A stretch of DNA of 58,624 bases from Candidatus Omnitrophota bacterium (GTDB taxonomy: Bacteria; Omnitrophota; Gorgyraeia; Gygaellales; Profunditerraquicolaceae): positions 1 through 58,624 of the forward strand of contig JBAZDY010000001.1 of assembly GCA_041654215.1 (NCBI GenBank). Reading direction: 5' to 3'. The translations under genes and the position numbers were made by a program. The notes under the pieces are model-generated. The model ran no database searches. It saw only the letters and a list, made by a program, of their open reading frames with translations, and was not told where the DNA came from. Below are positions 1-8,060 of this stretch, in pieces (position 1 is the stretch's first letter; each line of letters starts with the position of its first letter).

Positions 1-115
1 CTATCGGACGGCCAAGTATTCGCTCGTGCGAAAGTGCCGAAGGGATTTTTCCGGTATCTTACGACACGGGGTTAATCAAGAAAGAAACCCCGGGCTGAAG
101 CCCGGGGAGCTTCAT
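1..115 (+). repeat. Copy 1 of a dispersed intergenic element, cut at its 5' end by the window edge: box A (1-31), alternative hairpins (67-107), box C (100-115)
   Basis: About 90% identical by eye to 19231-19322. It shares the terminal 16-mer gcccggggagcttcat with 19378-19393. Hairpin cggggtt/aaccccg (67-73/86-92) competes with ccccgggc/gcccgggg (88-95/100-107). Confidence 0.8.
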
Positions 116-152
116 AGAATCCAGAACCTAACACCCGATTTTTCTTTACGAT

Positions 153-1724
153 ATGCTCAATCTGGCCTTCATTTATCATATGCACCAGCCTTATTACGTC
201 AACCTGCTAAGCAGGGAGACGGAACTGCCCTGGGTAAGGCTCCACGGCATCAAGGATTACCTGGATATGGTGCAAATTCTCGCCAAATACCCGCGCGTGC
301 GGCAGACCTTCAACTTTGTTCCGTCGCTGCTGGAGCAGGTCGAGTCTTTCGTGGATTCCTCGGTAAAAGACAAGTTCATAGATATGACGATGCGTCCGGC
401 GGAAAGTCTCACGGACGGCGAAAAAAATTTCCTGCTGGAAAATTTCTTTATGATCAACGCGGAAAACTGCATAGCCGGCCACCCGCGTTACTACGAACTC
501 TTCCTTAAGAAACAGGGCGGCAGGCATTTCTCCGTCACGGATTACCGCGACCTGCAGATGTGGTTCAACCTCGCCTGGTTCGACCCGACGTTCCTGCAGG
601 AGCGGCCCGCGTTAAAAGCGCTTATAAAAAAGGGCCGCCATTTCGGGGAAGAAGATAAGAAAGTTATGATCGAGCAGCAGATGCTCATACTCGCGGAGAT
701 CATCCCCGCCTACCGCAAATTTTCCGAGAGCGGCCAGGTGGAGGTTATACTAAGTCCTTATTACCACCCCATTTTGCCTCTGCTTTACAACAGCAACATC
801 GCCAGAGAGGCCAATCATAAAGTATCCCTGCCGGCGCGCGCCTTTTCATATCCCGGCGACGCGCAGAGGCAAGTGTCCGAAGCGGTGCTTTTCTATACGC
901 GGCGTTTCGGCCGGCCGCCGGCCGGGATGTGGCCGTCCGAAGAGGCGGTCTGCGACCATATCCTGCCCATACTGATCAATAACGGCATCAAATGGATAGT
1001 AAGCGACGAAGCGATGCTTTTCCGCTCTTTCGGCCGCAAGAAAAGGGATACAGCGCTCCTCTACCGGATGCATAGCGCCGAAAGGGAGGAGGGAACCATC
1101 CATATGACTTTCCGCGACAGGAATCTTTCCGACCTGATCGGTTTCACTTACCATAAATGGGACCCGAAAGACGCGGTGAGCGATTTTATGCGCCATCTGG
1201 AAAACACGGCAGAGGCTTTCAAGGACAGGGATATCCTGGTAACAATAGCCATGGACGGGGAGAATGCCTGGGAGTATTACAAGAAAGACGGGCATCCGTT
1301 TCTTAACCTGCTTTATGAACGCCTGTCGGACAGCAAGATGATCAGGATGGTGACGGTGGAGGACTATCTGCGGCAGAATACTCCTGAGAGCAAGATACGC
1401 CGTCTGGCGGCCGGCTCCTGGATCTACGGGGAATTCGGAAAATGGATAGGGAACCAGTACAAGAATAAGGCCTGGGAATACCTGGCGGAGGCGAGAAAAG
1501 AGATGGAAACGTTCCTCTCTTCGGGAGCCGCGGAGGAAAAAACCAGAGCAGCCGCCTGGAAACAGATGATGATCTGCGAGGGCAGTGACTGGTTCTGGTG
1601 GTACGGAGATTACCAGCACGATTTCGACCGGCTTTACCGCCTGCATCTTTCCAACTTTTACCTCATCATCGGGAAGCAGCCGCCCGGCTATCTTAAACAT
1701 TCTCTCTATTCAAATCCCGGGTAA
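153..1724 (+). CDS. Glycoside hydrolase family 57 alpha-glucan enzyme (amylase, branching enzyme or glucanotransferase type)
   Basis: The N-terminus reads FIYHMHQPYY, followed by WVRLHGIKDYLDM. The length (523 aa) and layout are typical of GH57. Confidence 0.85.
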   Translation: MLNLAFIYHMHQPYYVNLLSRETELPWVRLHGIKDYLDMVQILAKYPRVRQTFNFVPSLLEQVESFVDSSVKDKFIDMTMRPAESLTDGEKNFLLENFFMINAENCIAGHPRYYELFLKKQGGRHFSVTDYRDLQMWFNLAWFDPTFLQERPALKALIKKGRHFGEEDKKVMIEQQMLILAEIIPAYRKFSESGQVEVILSPYYHPILPLLYNSNIAREANHKVSLPARAFSYPGDAQRQVSEAVLFYTRRFGRPPAGMWPSEEAVCDHILPILINNGIKWIVSDEAMLFRSFGRKKRDTALLYRMHSAEREEGTIHMTFRDRNLSDLIGFTYHKWDPKDAVSDFMRHLENTAEAFKDRDILVTIAMDGENAWEYYKKDGHPFLNLLYERLSDSKMIRMVTVEDYLRQNTPESKIRRLAAGSWIYGEFGKWIGNQYKNKAWEYLAEARKEMETFLSSGAAEEKTRAAAWKQMMICEGSDWFWWYGDYQHDFDRLYRLHLSNFYLIIGKQPPGYLKHSLYSNPG

Positions 1725-1761
1725 AGAGTTGACACCCGCGCGGTTTTATGATATATAAAAT

Positions 1762-2340
1762 ATGCTGATTATGGAAAAAAAAGATATCTACGAACATCTG
1801 GCCGAGATTTATCTCGACGCCTCGTTAACCAAGAAGAAACCGCGCGCGCGCGGTTTCAAGAACGCCGCCGGCTGGATACTGGCAGGGGCGTTTCTGCTGG
1901 GCGGAGTCATCTTCGCTGTTTTTCTCCCGCCGCATCTGAAACCTCCGGTATCGGAAAATGCCTTATTGCTTTCCAGCAACAATCCTGTTAAGATAGCCTA
2001 TAATCTTTCCGCGGGCAGCAAGGAGTTATCCGAGTTGTCCCTTAACGGCGTTAACCTGCGCTCTTACAAGTCGTTGGTGCTCACAGTCAGATCAGACGCG
2101 CCGGCCGCTTCGATGCCGGCTATCGCCGTCGAGATACTGAATAAAACCGGAGAGAAAGGGCTCGTTTACATAAGGGATGCCGGAAGAAAATGGCGGCAAT
2201 ATGAAATACCGTTCTCCGATTTTAAACCGGGGTTGAGCGACTGGTCGCGCATCGAATCCCTGACATTCATAGTGGAAGAATGGAATGCCCCCATAAAAAA
2301 AGGGGTTGTTTATATCGATAACATAAGGTTCCTTCGCTGA
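1762..2340 (+). CDS. Membrane-anchored hypothetical protein with a possible beta-sandwich, carbohydrate-binding-like C-terminal domain
   Basis: One N-terminal TM helix (WILAGAFLLGGVIFAVFL). The C-terminus ends in VVYIDNIRF. It sits between the GH57 and ParA-CBM48 genes. Confidence 0.55.
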   Translation: MLIMEKKDIYEHLAEIYLDASLTKKKPRARGFKNAAGWILAGAFLLGGVIFAVFLPPHLKPPVSENALLLSSNNPVKIAYNLSAGSKELSELSLNGVNLRSYKSLVLTVRSDAPAASMPAIAVEILNKTGEKGLVYIRDAGRKWRQYEIPFSDFKPGLSDWSRIESLTFIVEEWNAPIKKGVVYIDNIRFLR

Positions 2341-2366
2341 GCAAACCTAAAGGGGAGGGCGCACAA

Positions 2367-3467
2367 ATGAGGATCATTTCGGTTACCAACCAGAAGGGCG
2401 GATGCGGCAAAACGACAACGGCTGTCAATCTTTCCGCGTGTCTGGCGGCAAACGGCAAGAAAGTGCTTTTAATAGATCTCGATCCCCAGGCGCACGCCAC
2501 CCTCGGGCTGAATATTCGCGCTGAAGCCAGCATTTACAACGTCCTTTCCAAGATATCCGTCAAGAAGACCCCGCTGGAGGGAATAATCAGGAAAGTGACG
2601 CCCGGTTTCGATATCGCGCCGTCTTCCATCGTGCTGAGCACCCTTGAGCAGGAATTGGCCGGCGAGATAGGAAGAGAATCGCGCCTTTGGGAAGTCCTGC
2701 AGGAGAATAAACAGCTTACCCGTTACGATTATCTGATTATAGATCTTCCGCCGAACCTCGGCATACTTACAGTCAACGCCATACGGGCCTCGTCCGAAAT
2801 AATAATCCCGGTGGAAGCCAGCCGCTTTTCGCTGGAGGGCGTCAACCAACTGCTGAAAATAATTGAGCTCATAAAGGACAGGCTTAACCACAATGTCTCT
2901 TACAAGATACTGGTGACAAACTTCGATTCCCGCCTGCGGCATTCCTTTTCCATGCTGGACCAGATAAAAGAATCTTTTAAGGGGAACGTCTTCGGCACCA
3001 TTATCCACGTGAACGTGAAACTCAAGGAAGCGCAGAGCTACGGGACGCATATTCTCAGCTACGATAAATACAGCCGGGGCGCCAAGGATTACTTCACCTT
3101 GTCCCGAGAGATGATATCGGGGAGCGTCAAGAATGAGACCGCGGCGGACAACAAGATGGCCTCGCTTGACAAACGTATGAAAGAGAGCATAAGCGAGAAT
3201 ATGCCGCGCCTCAAGGAAGTGGTATTCTCGATGTCTTTCCCGGAAGCCCAGGAAGTGCACGTGGCGGGGGATTTTAACCGCTGGCAGATCTCGGATAACA
3301 GCCGGATGAGCAAGAATAACGGAAAATGGTTCAAAAAGATGACGCTGGAGCCCGGCGCATACCACTACCGTTTCGTGGTGGACGGGACCTGGATGGATGA
3401 CCCGGAGAACCCGCGCAAGGAAACCAATCCTTTCGGGCAGACGAACTCTCTGCTTAACATCAAATAG
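2367..3467 (+). CDS. ParA/MinD-family ATPase fused to a C-terminal CBM48 (AMPK-beta-type) glycogen-binding domain
   Basis: Deviant Walker A (NQKGGCGKTTTAVNL) and LIDLDPQ at the N-terminus. The C-terminus reads VHVAGDFNRWQ...YHYRFVVDGTWMDDPENP...GQTNSLLNI, matching the CBM48 pattern. Confidence 0.85.
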   Translation: MRIISVTNQKGGCGKTTTAVNLSACLAANGKKVLLIDLDPQAHATLGLNIRAEASIYNVLSKISVKKTPLEGIIRKVTPGFDIAPSSIVLSTLEQELAGEIGRESRLWEVLQENKQLTRYDYLIIDLPPNLGILTVNAIRASSEIIIPVEASRFSLEGVNQLLKIIELIKDRLNHNVSYKILVTNFDSRLRHSFSMLDQIKESFKGNVFGTIIHVNVKLKEAQSYGTHILSYDKYSRGAKDYFTLSREMISGSVKNETAADNKMASLDKRMKESISENMPRLKEVVFSMSFPEAQEVHVAGDFNRWQISDNSRMSKNNGKWFKKMTLEPGAYHYRFVVDGTWMDDPENPRKETNPFGQTNSLLNIK

Positions 3468-3480
3468 AAAAGGTTAATCA

Positions 3481-3810
3481 ATGAGCGCGAAACCTGAACA
3501 GGAAAACGAGATACTGGAAGGCAAGATATACGCCGTTATGTCTTACTGGTTCTTTCTGTGTATTATCCCGTTCGTGCTGAAGAAAGACAATAAATTCGCG
3601 GTTTTTCACGGCCGCCAGGGCCTGGTCCTTTTCATTTTTCTCTCCGCCGGTTTCCTGTTCAGCATATTGCCTTTGATAGGAGCGCTTTTCTATAAAATGA
3701 CCCTGTTTATCTATATGTTATGCCTGCTTTTCGGCACCGTGCAATCCCTGCGCGGCAAATACAGCAGGATCCCGTTCATTTATCAGGTATCTCAGAAGAT
3801 CAATATTTAG
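3481..3810 (+). CDS. Small integral membrane protein (DUF4870-like)
   Basis: Three predicted TM helices and a HGRQGL motif after the first helix. The start is spaced tightly after the upstream stop. Confidence 0.55.
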   Translation: MSAKPEQENEILEGKIYAVMSYWFFLCIIPFVLKKDNKFAVFHGRQGLVLFIFLSAGFLFSILPLIGALFYKMTLFIYMLCLLFGTVQSLRGKYSRIPFIYQVSQKINI

Positions 3811-3914
3811 TCCGCAAGGTCCCGAAAAGACCGGGCTGATCCGCCTGCTTAAAGCTACGAATAACGCCTCAGGCGCGTGTTTAGACCGATTTTTGAAGAG
3901 AAGGAGGGATTATA

Positions 3915-4100
3915 ATGAGACTTTCCGAGATCGAGAATAAAGCCAGGAAAATCGGAATCACAAACACCTGGAGGTATTCAAAGAAGGAATTAATCCGCAC
4001 CATCCAGAAACAGGAAGGTAATTTCGACTGTTTCGATACTCCTGCCAAACAAACCTGCGAGCAAACTCTATGTTGCTGGCGGACCGATTGCATAAAATAA
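3915..4100 (+). CDS. Small Rho_N/SAP-like protein with a Cys-rich tail
   Basis: SD gaaggaggg lies upstream. The N-terminus (LSEIENKARKIGITNTWRYSKKELIRTIQ) resembles the Rho N-terminal/SAP fold. The tail is CFDTPAKQTCEQTLCCWRTDC. Confidence 0.55.
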   Translation: MRLSEIENKARKIGITNTWRYSKKELIRTIQKQEGNFDCFDTPAKQTCEQTLCCWRTDCIK

Positions 4101-4173
4101 TACCAGAGAAGCAGCGTTTTAAACAGACAAGCAGGATAAGCAGCGGGGCAACAAAGCCCCCAAAAAGCTAAAA

Positions 4174-4210
4174 CCGGCCCCTAGAAAACCTCGTCGTGGC
4201 CGGCTTTTTT
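4174..4210 (+). terminator. Possible intrinsic terminator
   Basis: ccggcc (4174-4179) pairs with ggccgg (4198-4203) and is followed by a T6 run (4205-4210). The loop is long, so this is weak. Confidence 0.3.
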
Positions 4211-4216
4211 GTCCCT

Positions 4217-4236
4217 CTCTACTTCCTATAATATAT
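4217..4236 (+). repeat. 20-nt direct repeat, left copy (ctctacttcctataatatat)
   Basis: Exact match to 5528-5547. The two copies bracket the TA pair and the decayed ORFs. Confidence 0.8.
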
Positions 4237-4349
4237 TTTGAAAAAGGGGTTACTATAACTATACTATGTAAGGTTTTCAAATCCTAGGATGGTCCTTTCC
4301 GTATCTCCGGATAAAGTTGTGCCATACCATAAGCCGCTTGTGAAATGCC

Positions 4350-4378
4350 TTGACGTGTTAAGTCCTGTATAGTATATT
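4350..4378 (+). promoter_or_regulatory. Sigma70-like promoter for the TA pair
   Basis: TTGACG (4350-4355), 17-nt spacer, TATATT (4373-4378), about 34 nt upstream of the TTG start at 4412. Confidence 0.4.
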
Positions 4379-4411
4379 TAGAATATTCACAGCAAAGAAC
4401 GCGAGGGTAGG

Positions 4412-4645
4412 TTGAAAAAGATCATATTCTCAGATCACGCTCAGGAACGGTTGAAAGAACGCCGGATCAGCGAAACAGAAGTCAAAAAGGTTTTGAGCGA
4501 GCCTGATATTACCGCGCCGACACGCCGTCGCCGCAGAAAGCGCGCAATGAAAACACTCGACGGCCGAACAATAGACATAATTTATGAAGAACGAACAGAT
4601 ATGATTTTTGTGATCACCTGTGCTGTTCTTTGCAAGGAGGGATAA
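4412..4645 (+). CDS. DUF4258-family toxin-like protein
   Basis: The N-terminus (IIFSDHAQERLKERRISETEVKKVL) is the DUF4258 signature. TTG start. It is followed directly by a DUF2283 gene. Confidence 0.7.
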   Translation: MKKIIFSDHAQERLKERRISETEVKKVLSEPDITAPTRRRRRKRAMKTLDGRTIDIIYEERTDMIFVITCAVLCKEG

Positions 4646-4647
4646 AG

Positions 4648-4896
4648 ATGTTGATTAATATTGATACACGTGCCGGTGCGGCATACATAAAAATCAGTGA
4701 AGGCAAAGTTGCTTACACAAAAGAACTGTTGCCGGAAGTCTTTGTCGACTACAACAGCAGCAAAGAGATTTTAGGCATTGAGTTGATTAGCCCGTGCGTG
4801 CTTACATTGCGTAAAGCATTGAAAGTTCTGCGTTTACCAGGATTGAACCGCATAAAACACCCGCTGGAAGAGTTAATCTGCCATAAACCGAATTAA
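4648..4896 (+). CDS. DUF2283-family antitoxin-like protein
   Basis: Strong SD AGGAGG lies 7 nt upstream of the ATG at 4648. LINIDTRAGAAYIKISEGKV...ILGIELI matches DUF2283. The track start at 4630 overlaps the toxin, so I rejected it. Confidence 0.7.
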   Translation: MLINIDTRAGAAYIKISEGKVAYTKELLPEVFVDYNSSKEILGIELISPCVLTLRKALKVLRLPGLNRIKHPLEELICHKPN

Positions 4897-4899
4897 GCC

Positions 4900-5526
4900 A
4901 AACCAGAAAAAAAACCTCAACAGCGATTTAACGGTAAGCTGATCCGGCGGCAGGTTCTTTACAAGTTCCTGCACGATCTCAAACGTGTTCTCGACGGCCT
5001 TTTGTTTCCTTACACCGTGATTACGTCCACCACAGACGTAGTTACAATGCGGATGTTTGGCGTCATACTCACGGCTTTACCTCCTGTTCTTTCTGCCTGA
5101 AATACTGGTAATTGTTACATACAGCAAAAGGGGGGACAGAATCCGCTTTTGTTGCCTTTGCTGTCCCAATGTTCCTGTTCGTAGTTATTGCACTCCCGGT
5201 AATGCCGTCTTTCCGGCTCTACTACTGGATCTCCAACAGGGTTATCAACAGAAGGTTTTCCCGTTTGTATGATATAGGATGAGTTTCGGGATTATCCTTA
5301 AACTGTTTCGGGGAAACCCCGATACTTTCTTGAAATTGCTGTAAGGGTTTGACTTTAAAGGTATGGTCCGCAGGGGGGTGATTTCTTTAATTTGGTGAGT
5401 TCTTCGCGGGCTTTTTAGTGAGTATATATCCCAGCCGATATCGGAAAGATTGCAGATATTTGTTTCGGGGTCGCGGTAAAGACGGTTCATAATTTTATTT
5501 CTCTGTCTATCCACGTATAGGGCCAC
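4900..5526 (-). pseudogene. Decayed coding remnants; no intact recognisable gene
   Basis: ORF 5245-5526 matches no family I recognise. A shifted frame reads QFQESIGVSPKQFKD (AraC-type HTH-like) and is broken by stops near a G6/C6 run (5373-5378). At about 4920-5075 an SD and an 18-20 codon ORF are followed out of frame by KQKAVENTFEIVQELVKNLPPDQL. Confidence 0.25.
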
Positions 5527-5527
5527 C

Positions 5528-5547
5528 CTCTACTTCCTATAATATAT
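5528..5547 (+). repeat. 20-nt direct repeat, right copy
   Basis: Exact match to 4217-4236. Confidence 0.8.
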
Positions 5548-5616
5548 CTTATGTTAACTACACCTATGGGTAAAAATATCAACAGGCAGATGTAAAACGC
5601 CCCTTCTTCCTAAGGT

Positions 5617-6483
5617 TTAACTGCCACTCACGCTCGCCAAATCAAACTCGAGACCCTTGAAGGCATCCGGATATTTATGGAACCAATCAGATTTATATTG
5701 GTAGTCATTTCGGCTCGTATCTTCTATGTGTTTATCACTGGTAAACGTATCGCTATAACCGGCTTCGCCTCTTTTGCGAAATTCGCCATTCTCTGTAATA
5801 AAATAAGTGCCTTTATAGTAAATCTCGCACCATTCATGATAAACCTTGCCTCCGGGTTCGCCTTCGTCAGATTTACCGCCCCAAACTATGACCGCGGGAA
5901 TGCCCTTAGCAAGAAAAATTGAACAGGCAAGTCTCGCCCAATCCCGGCATATGCCTTTGCCGTGAGCGTCAATTATCTGTTCTATATCAAGATCCTGAGC
6001 AAAACCGTTCTGAATACGATCCGGCATCAGCCGCCATTTCATTCCGAGGCTTTCTCCTTTATTGTAGCCGTCATAGTCATCTTTAAAGGATAACCAAATA
6101 GAATCGATGTTATTGCCGGTAGTATCCTGAGATATTGCCAGATGCGCGGCCAATTCCTGCAGTTTACTATTCCCGGGAGCTACGAAATACGCATTATCTA
6201 TGTTTGTATTATAGAATATACTGGTGTCTGAACCGGCAGATTGGATTACTAACCTGTCTTCCCTGCGGCTGCCGGATAATCCCGCACCGATCGAACTTCC
6301 TGAAGACTGCCAGATGCCGTTCACTCCATAACTTTTCGGGAGGCTGAAGCCGCCGCTGTTACCGCCCCAGCTATTTCCCCAGGCATATACTGAACCTGTC
6401 AGACAAAAACAGATAAGGCTTTCTATTACTGCTAAAGACAAATATTTTTTCTTCCGAAAACTAACAGGGGTTATCTTTACCAT
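5617..6483 (-). CDS. Secreted transglutaminase-like cysteine protease-fold protein
   Basis: Signal peptide ending in SVYA/WG. Core GKGICRDWARLACSIFLAKGIPAVIVWGG...VYHEWCEIYY shows a Cys...His arrangement. Confidence 0.65.
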   Translation of the reverse strand: MVKITPVSFRKKKYLSLAVIESLICFCLTGSVYAWGNSWGGNSGGFSLPKSYGVNGIWQSSGSSIGAGLSGSRREDRLVIQSAGSDTSIFYNTNIDNAYFVAPGNSKLQELAAHLAISQDTTGNNIDSIWLSFKDDYDGYNKGESLGMKWRLMPDRIQNGFAQDLDIEQIIDAHGKGICRDWARLACSIFLAKGIPAVIVWGGKSDEGEPGGKVYHEWCEIYYKGTYFITENGEFRKRGEAGYSDTFTSDKHIEDTSRNDYQYKSDWFHKYPDAFKGLEFDLASVSGS

Positions 6484-6680
6484 AATTCTTCCCGCATTTT
6501 TTTATCTATTTTTCCCGGCGCTTCGGCCACAGCCTTGGCGGTCTTACCGGCGTTCTCCAGGTCTTCGCCGGCCCCGCGCACGGCTCCTTTGGAAGTTCCC
6601 GCCACGGTCTCGCAACCGCATAAGAAAATAGCTGCGGCCAGGAAAAAAAAGAAAAACAGCGGATTTCTACGGTTAGACAT
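6477..6680 (-). CDS. Small lipoprotein (entericidin-like size)
   Basis: Signal peptide with lipobox-like FLCGC, then a short Ala/Gly/Lys-rich mature part. It overlaps the downstream gene by 7 nt. Confidence 0.5.
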   Translation of the reverse strand: MSNRRNPLFFFFFLAAAIFLCGCETVAGTSKGAVRGAGEDLENAGKTAKAVAEAPGKIDKKMREELW

Positions 6681-6706
6681 AGTATGCCTTTCTTTTTTTT
6701 AAAAAG

Positions 6707-7312
6707 TTATCTCTCGAATACCGCCAGTTCCCGCCACCAGCGGCTGGAATCCCATTTCTTCAAACGTAAAAACAGTTTTCTGGCAAACCGGCTTTTCAGG
6801 TATTTTTCTCCCACGCGCATAAAATTGCGGGTATGCAGATTGCCGGCGTCCAGGTATTCTTTGGCCTGCAGGACGCACTCCAGTATATCCGCGTCCCTGG
6901 CGATCACCGCCTCGCGCGTGCTCTGTCCGGTATATTGCGAACGCAGAACAGCCATCTCCAGGCGCACCGGCCCGGGAAGGCCGGAAATCTGCCCTGAATA
7001 GGCCTTGTCTTCGGCTTTCTTGAAATCTATATAACGATGCCCCACTTTATGCAGGTCGTTTATCCTGGCCTCGTGTATATCGTTAAAAAGGCACATCATC
7101 AGGACTTTATAAGGATCGGCTTTTTCCGCCCGGGCGATCAAGTAACCGAGTACCGCGCAGCGGAAACAGTGTTCGGCCACGCTTTCCGGATGTTTGATAC
7201 CGGTAACCCACCAGCCGGAACGCTTGACGCGTTTCAACTGTCCGGCCTCGGCAAGAAAATTCAGGACGCGGTCAACTTCGCTTGCGCGCATACCTTCAGG
7301 TTTTATTTTCAT
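6707..7312 (-). CDS. HD-domain phosphohydrolase (YfbR-like 5'-nucleotidase family)
   Basis: ESVAEHCF...NDIHEARINDL contains the H...HD...D metal motifs. An alternative ATG at 7291 would remove the overlap with the upstream gene. Confidence 0.65.
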   Translation of the reverse strand: MKIKPEGMRASEVDRVLNFLAEAGQLKRVKRSGWWVTGIKHPESVAEHCFRCAVLGYLIARAEKADPYKVLMMCLFNDIHEARINDLHKVGHRYIDFKKAEDKAYSGQISGLPGPVRLEMAVLRSQYTGQSTREAVIARDADILECVLQAKEYLDAGNLHTRNFMRVGEKYLKSRFARKLFLRLKKWDSSRWWRELAVFER

Positions 7313-8060
7313 AATCCGCTCTTTGCGACGCCGCTTCGTAGCAGAATATCCCGGTGCTGACGGCGGCGTTCAGGGACAACGCCGCGCCCCGCATCGGCAG
7401 GGTAAAACGGTAATCCGCCTCTTTCAGAAGCCCGGAACGCACCCCCTCCCCTTCCGAGCCGATGATCAAAGCCAAAGGGAAGTTCATGGATGCCCCGCGG
7501 CGGGGATCGCTCCCGCCCTCCACCACGGTTGCGGCTATCCAGTATCCGCTTCTGCGCGCTTTATCAACGGCTACGGAAAGACTGGAGACAATGCAAACCG
7601 GGACGTAATTCTCCGCGCCGCAGGCCACTTTAAGCACGGCTTCCGTAACGTTCACCGATTCATGTTTGGGCAGCACCACGCAGAAGCTCCCCAGGCAGGC
7701 GCAGGTCCTTAAGACCGAACCGAGATTCTGGGGATCGTTTATGCGGTCCAGCATGATCAGAGTCGGTTTTTCTACGGAGTCAAGCACGTCGTCAAGGTCG
7801 GCGTAAGCGAATTCCTCCACCTCTGCCGCAATCCCCTGAGAGTGGATGCCTCGGGTCAGGGCTCGAAACTGCGTTGCCGGCATAAGCTCAACCGGGACCT
7901 TACGAGACCTGGCCAACCCGGCAATATCCTGCACTCGGGCGCCGCCGTGTTCCAATATAACTCTACGCACGCTTTCCGGAGCGGCCTTCAGCCGTTCTTC
8001 TATAGAGCGTTTTCCGTAAAGATACAACATTTCACTCTTGTTACTGCCTGCCATCTTCAA
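7296..8060 (-). CDS. rlmB: SpoU/TrmH-family RNA 2'-O-methyltransferase, RlmB-like
   Basis: LYGKRSIEERL at the N-terminus, then DRINDPQNLGSVLRT, IGSEGEGV and LNAAVSTGI motifs. An alternative ATG at 8030 is possible. Confidence 0.75.
   Translation of the reverse strand: MKMAGSNKSEMLYLYGKRSIEERLKAAPESVRRVILEHGGARVQDIAGLARSRKVPVELMPATQFRALTRGIHSQGIAAEVEEFAYADLDDVLDSVEKPTLIMLDRINDPQNLGSVLRTCACLGSFCVVLPKHESVNVTEAVLKVACGAENYVPVCIVSSLSVAVDKARRSGYWIAATVVEGGSDPRRGASMNFPLALIIGSEGEGVRSGLLKEADYRFTLPMRGAALSLNAAVSTGIFCYEAASQRADYENKT

Noticed and set aside
5057-5272. The plus-strand 71-aa ORF in the decayed region.
   Set aside because: It has no SD and no recognisable motif, and it lies in a region where both strands show broken frames.
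6641-6707. Homopolymer tracts (A8 within the lipoprotein signal-peptide codons; a T8-A5 tract downstream of the HD gene stop) as possible phase-variation switches.
   Set aside because: The tracts are short. The A8 run simply encodes FFF in a signal peptide. There is no evidence of length variation in a single sequence.
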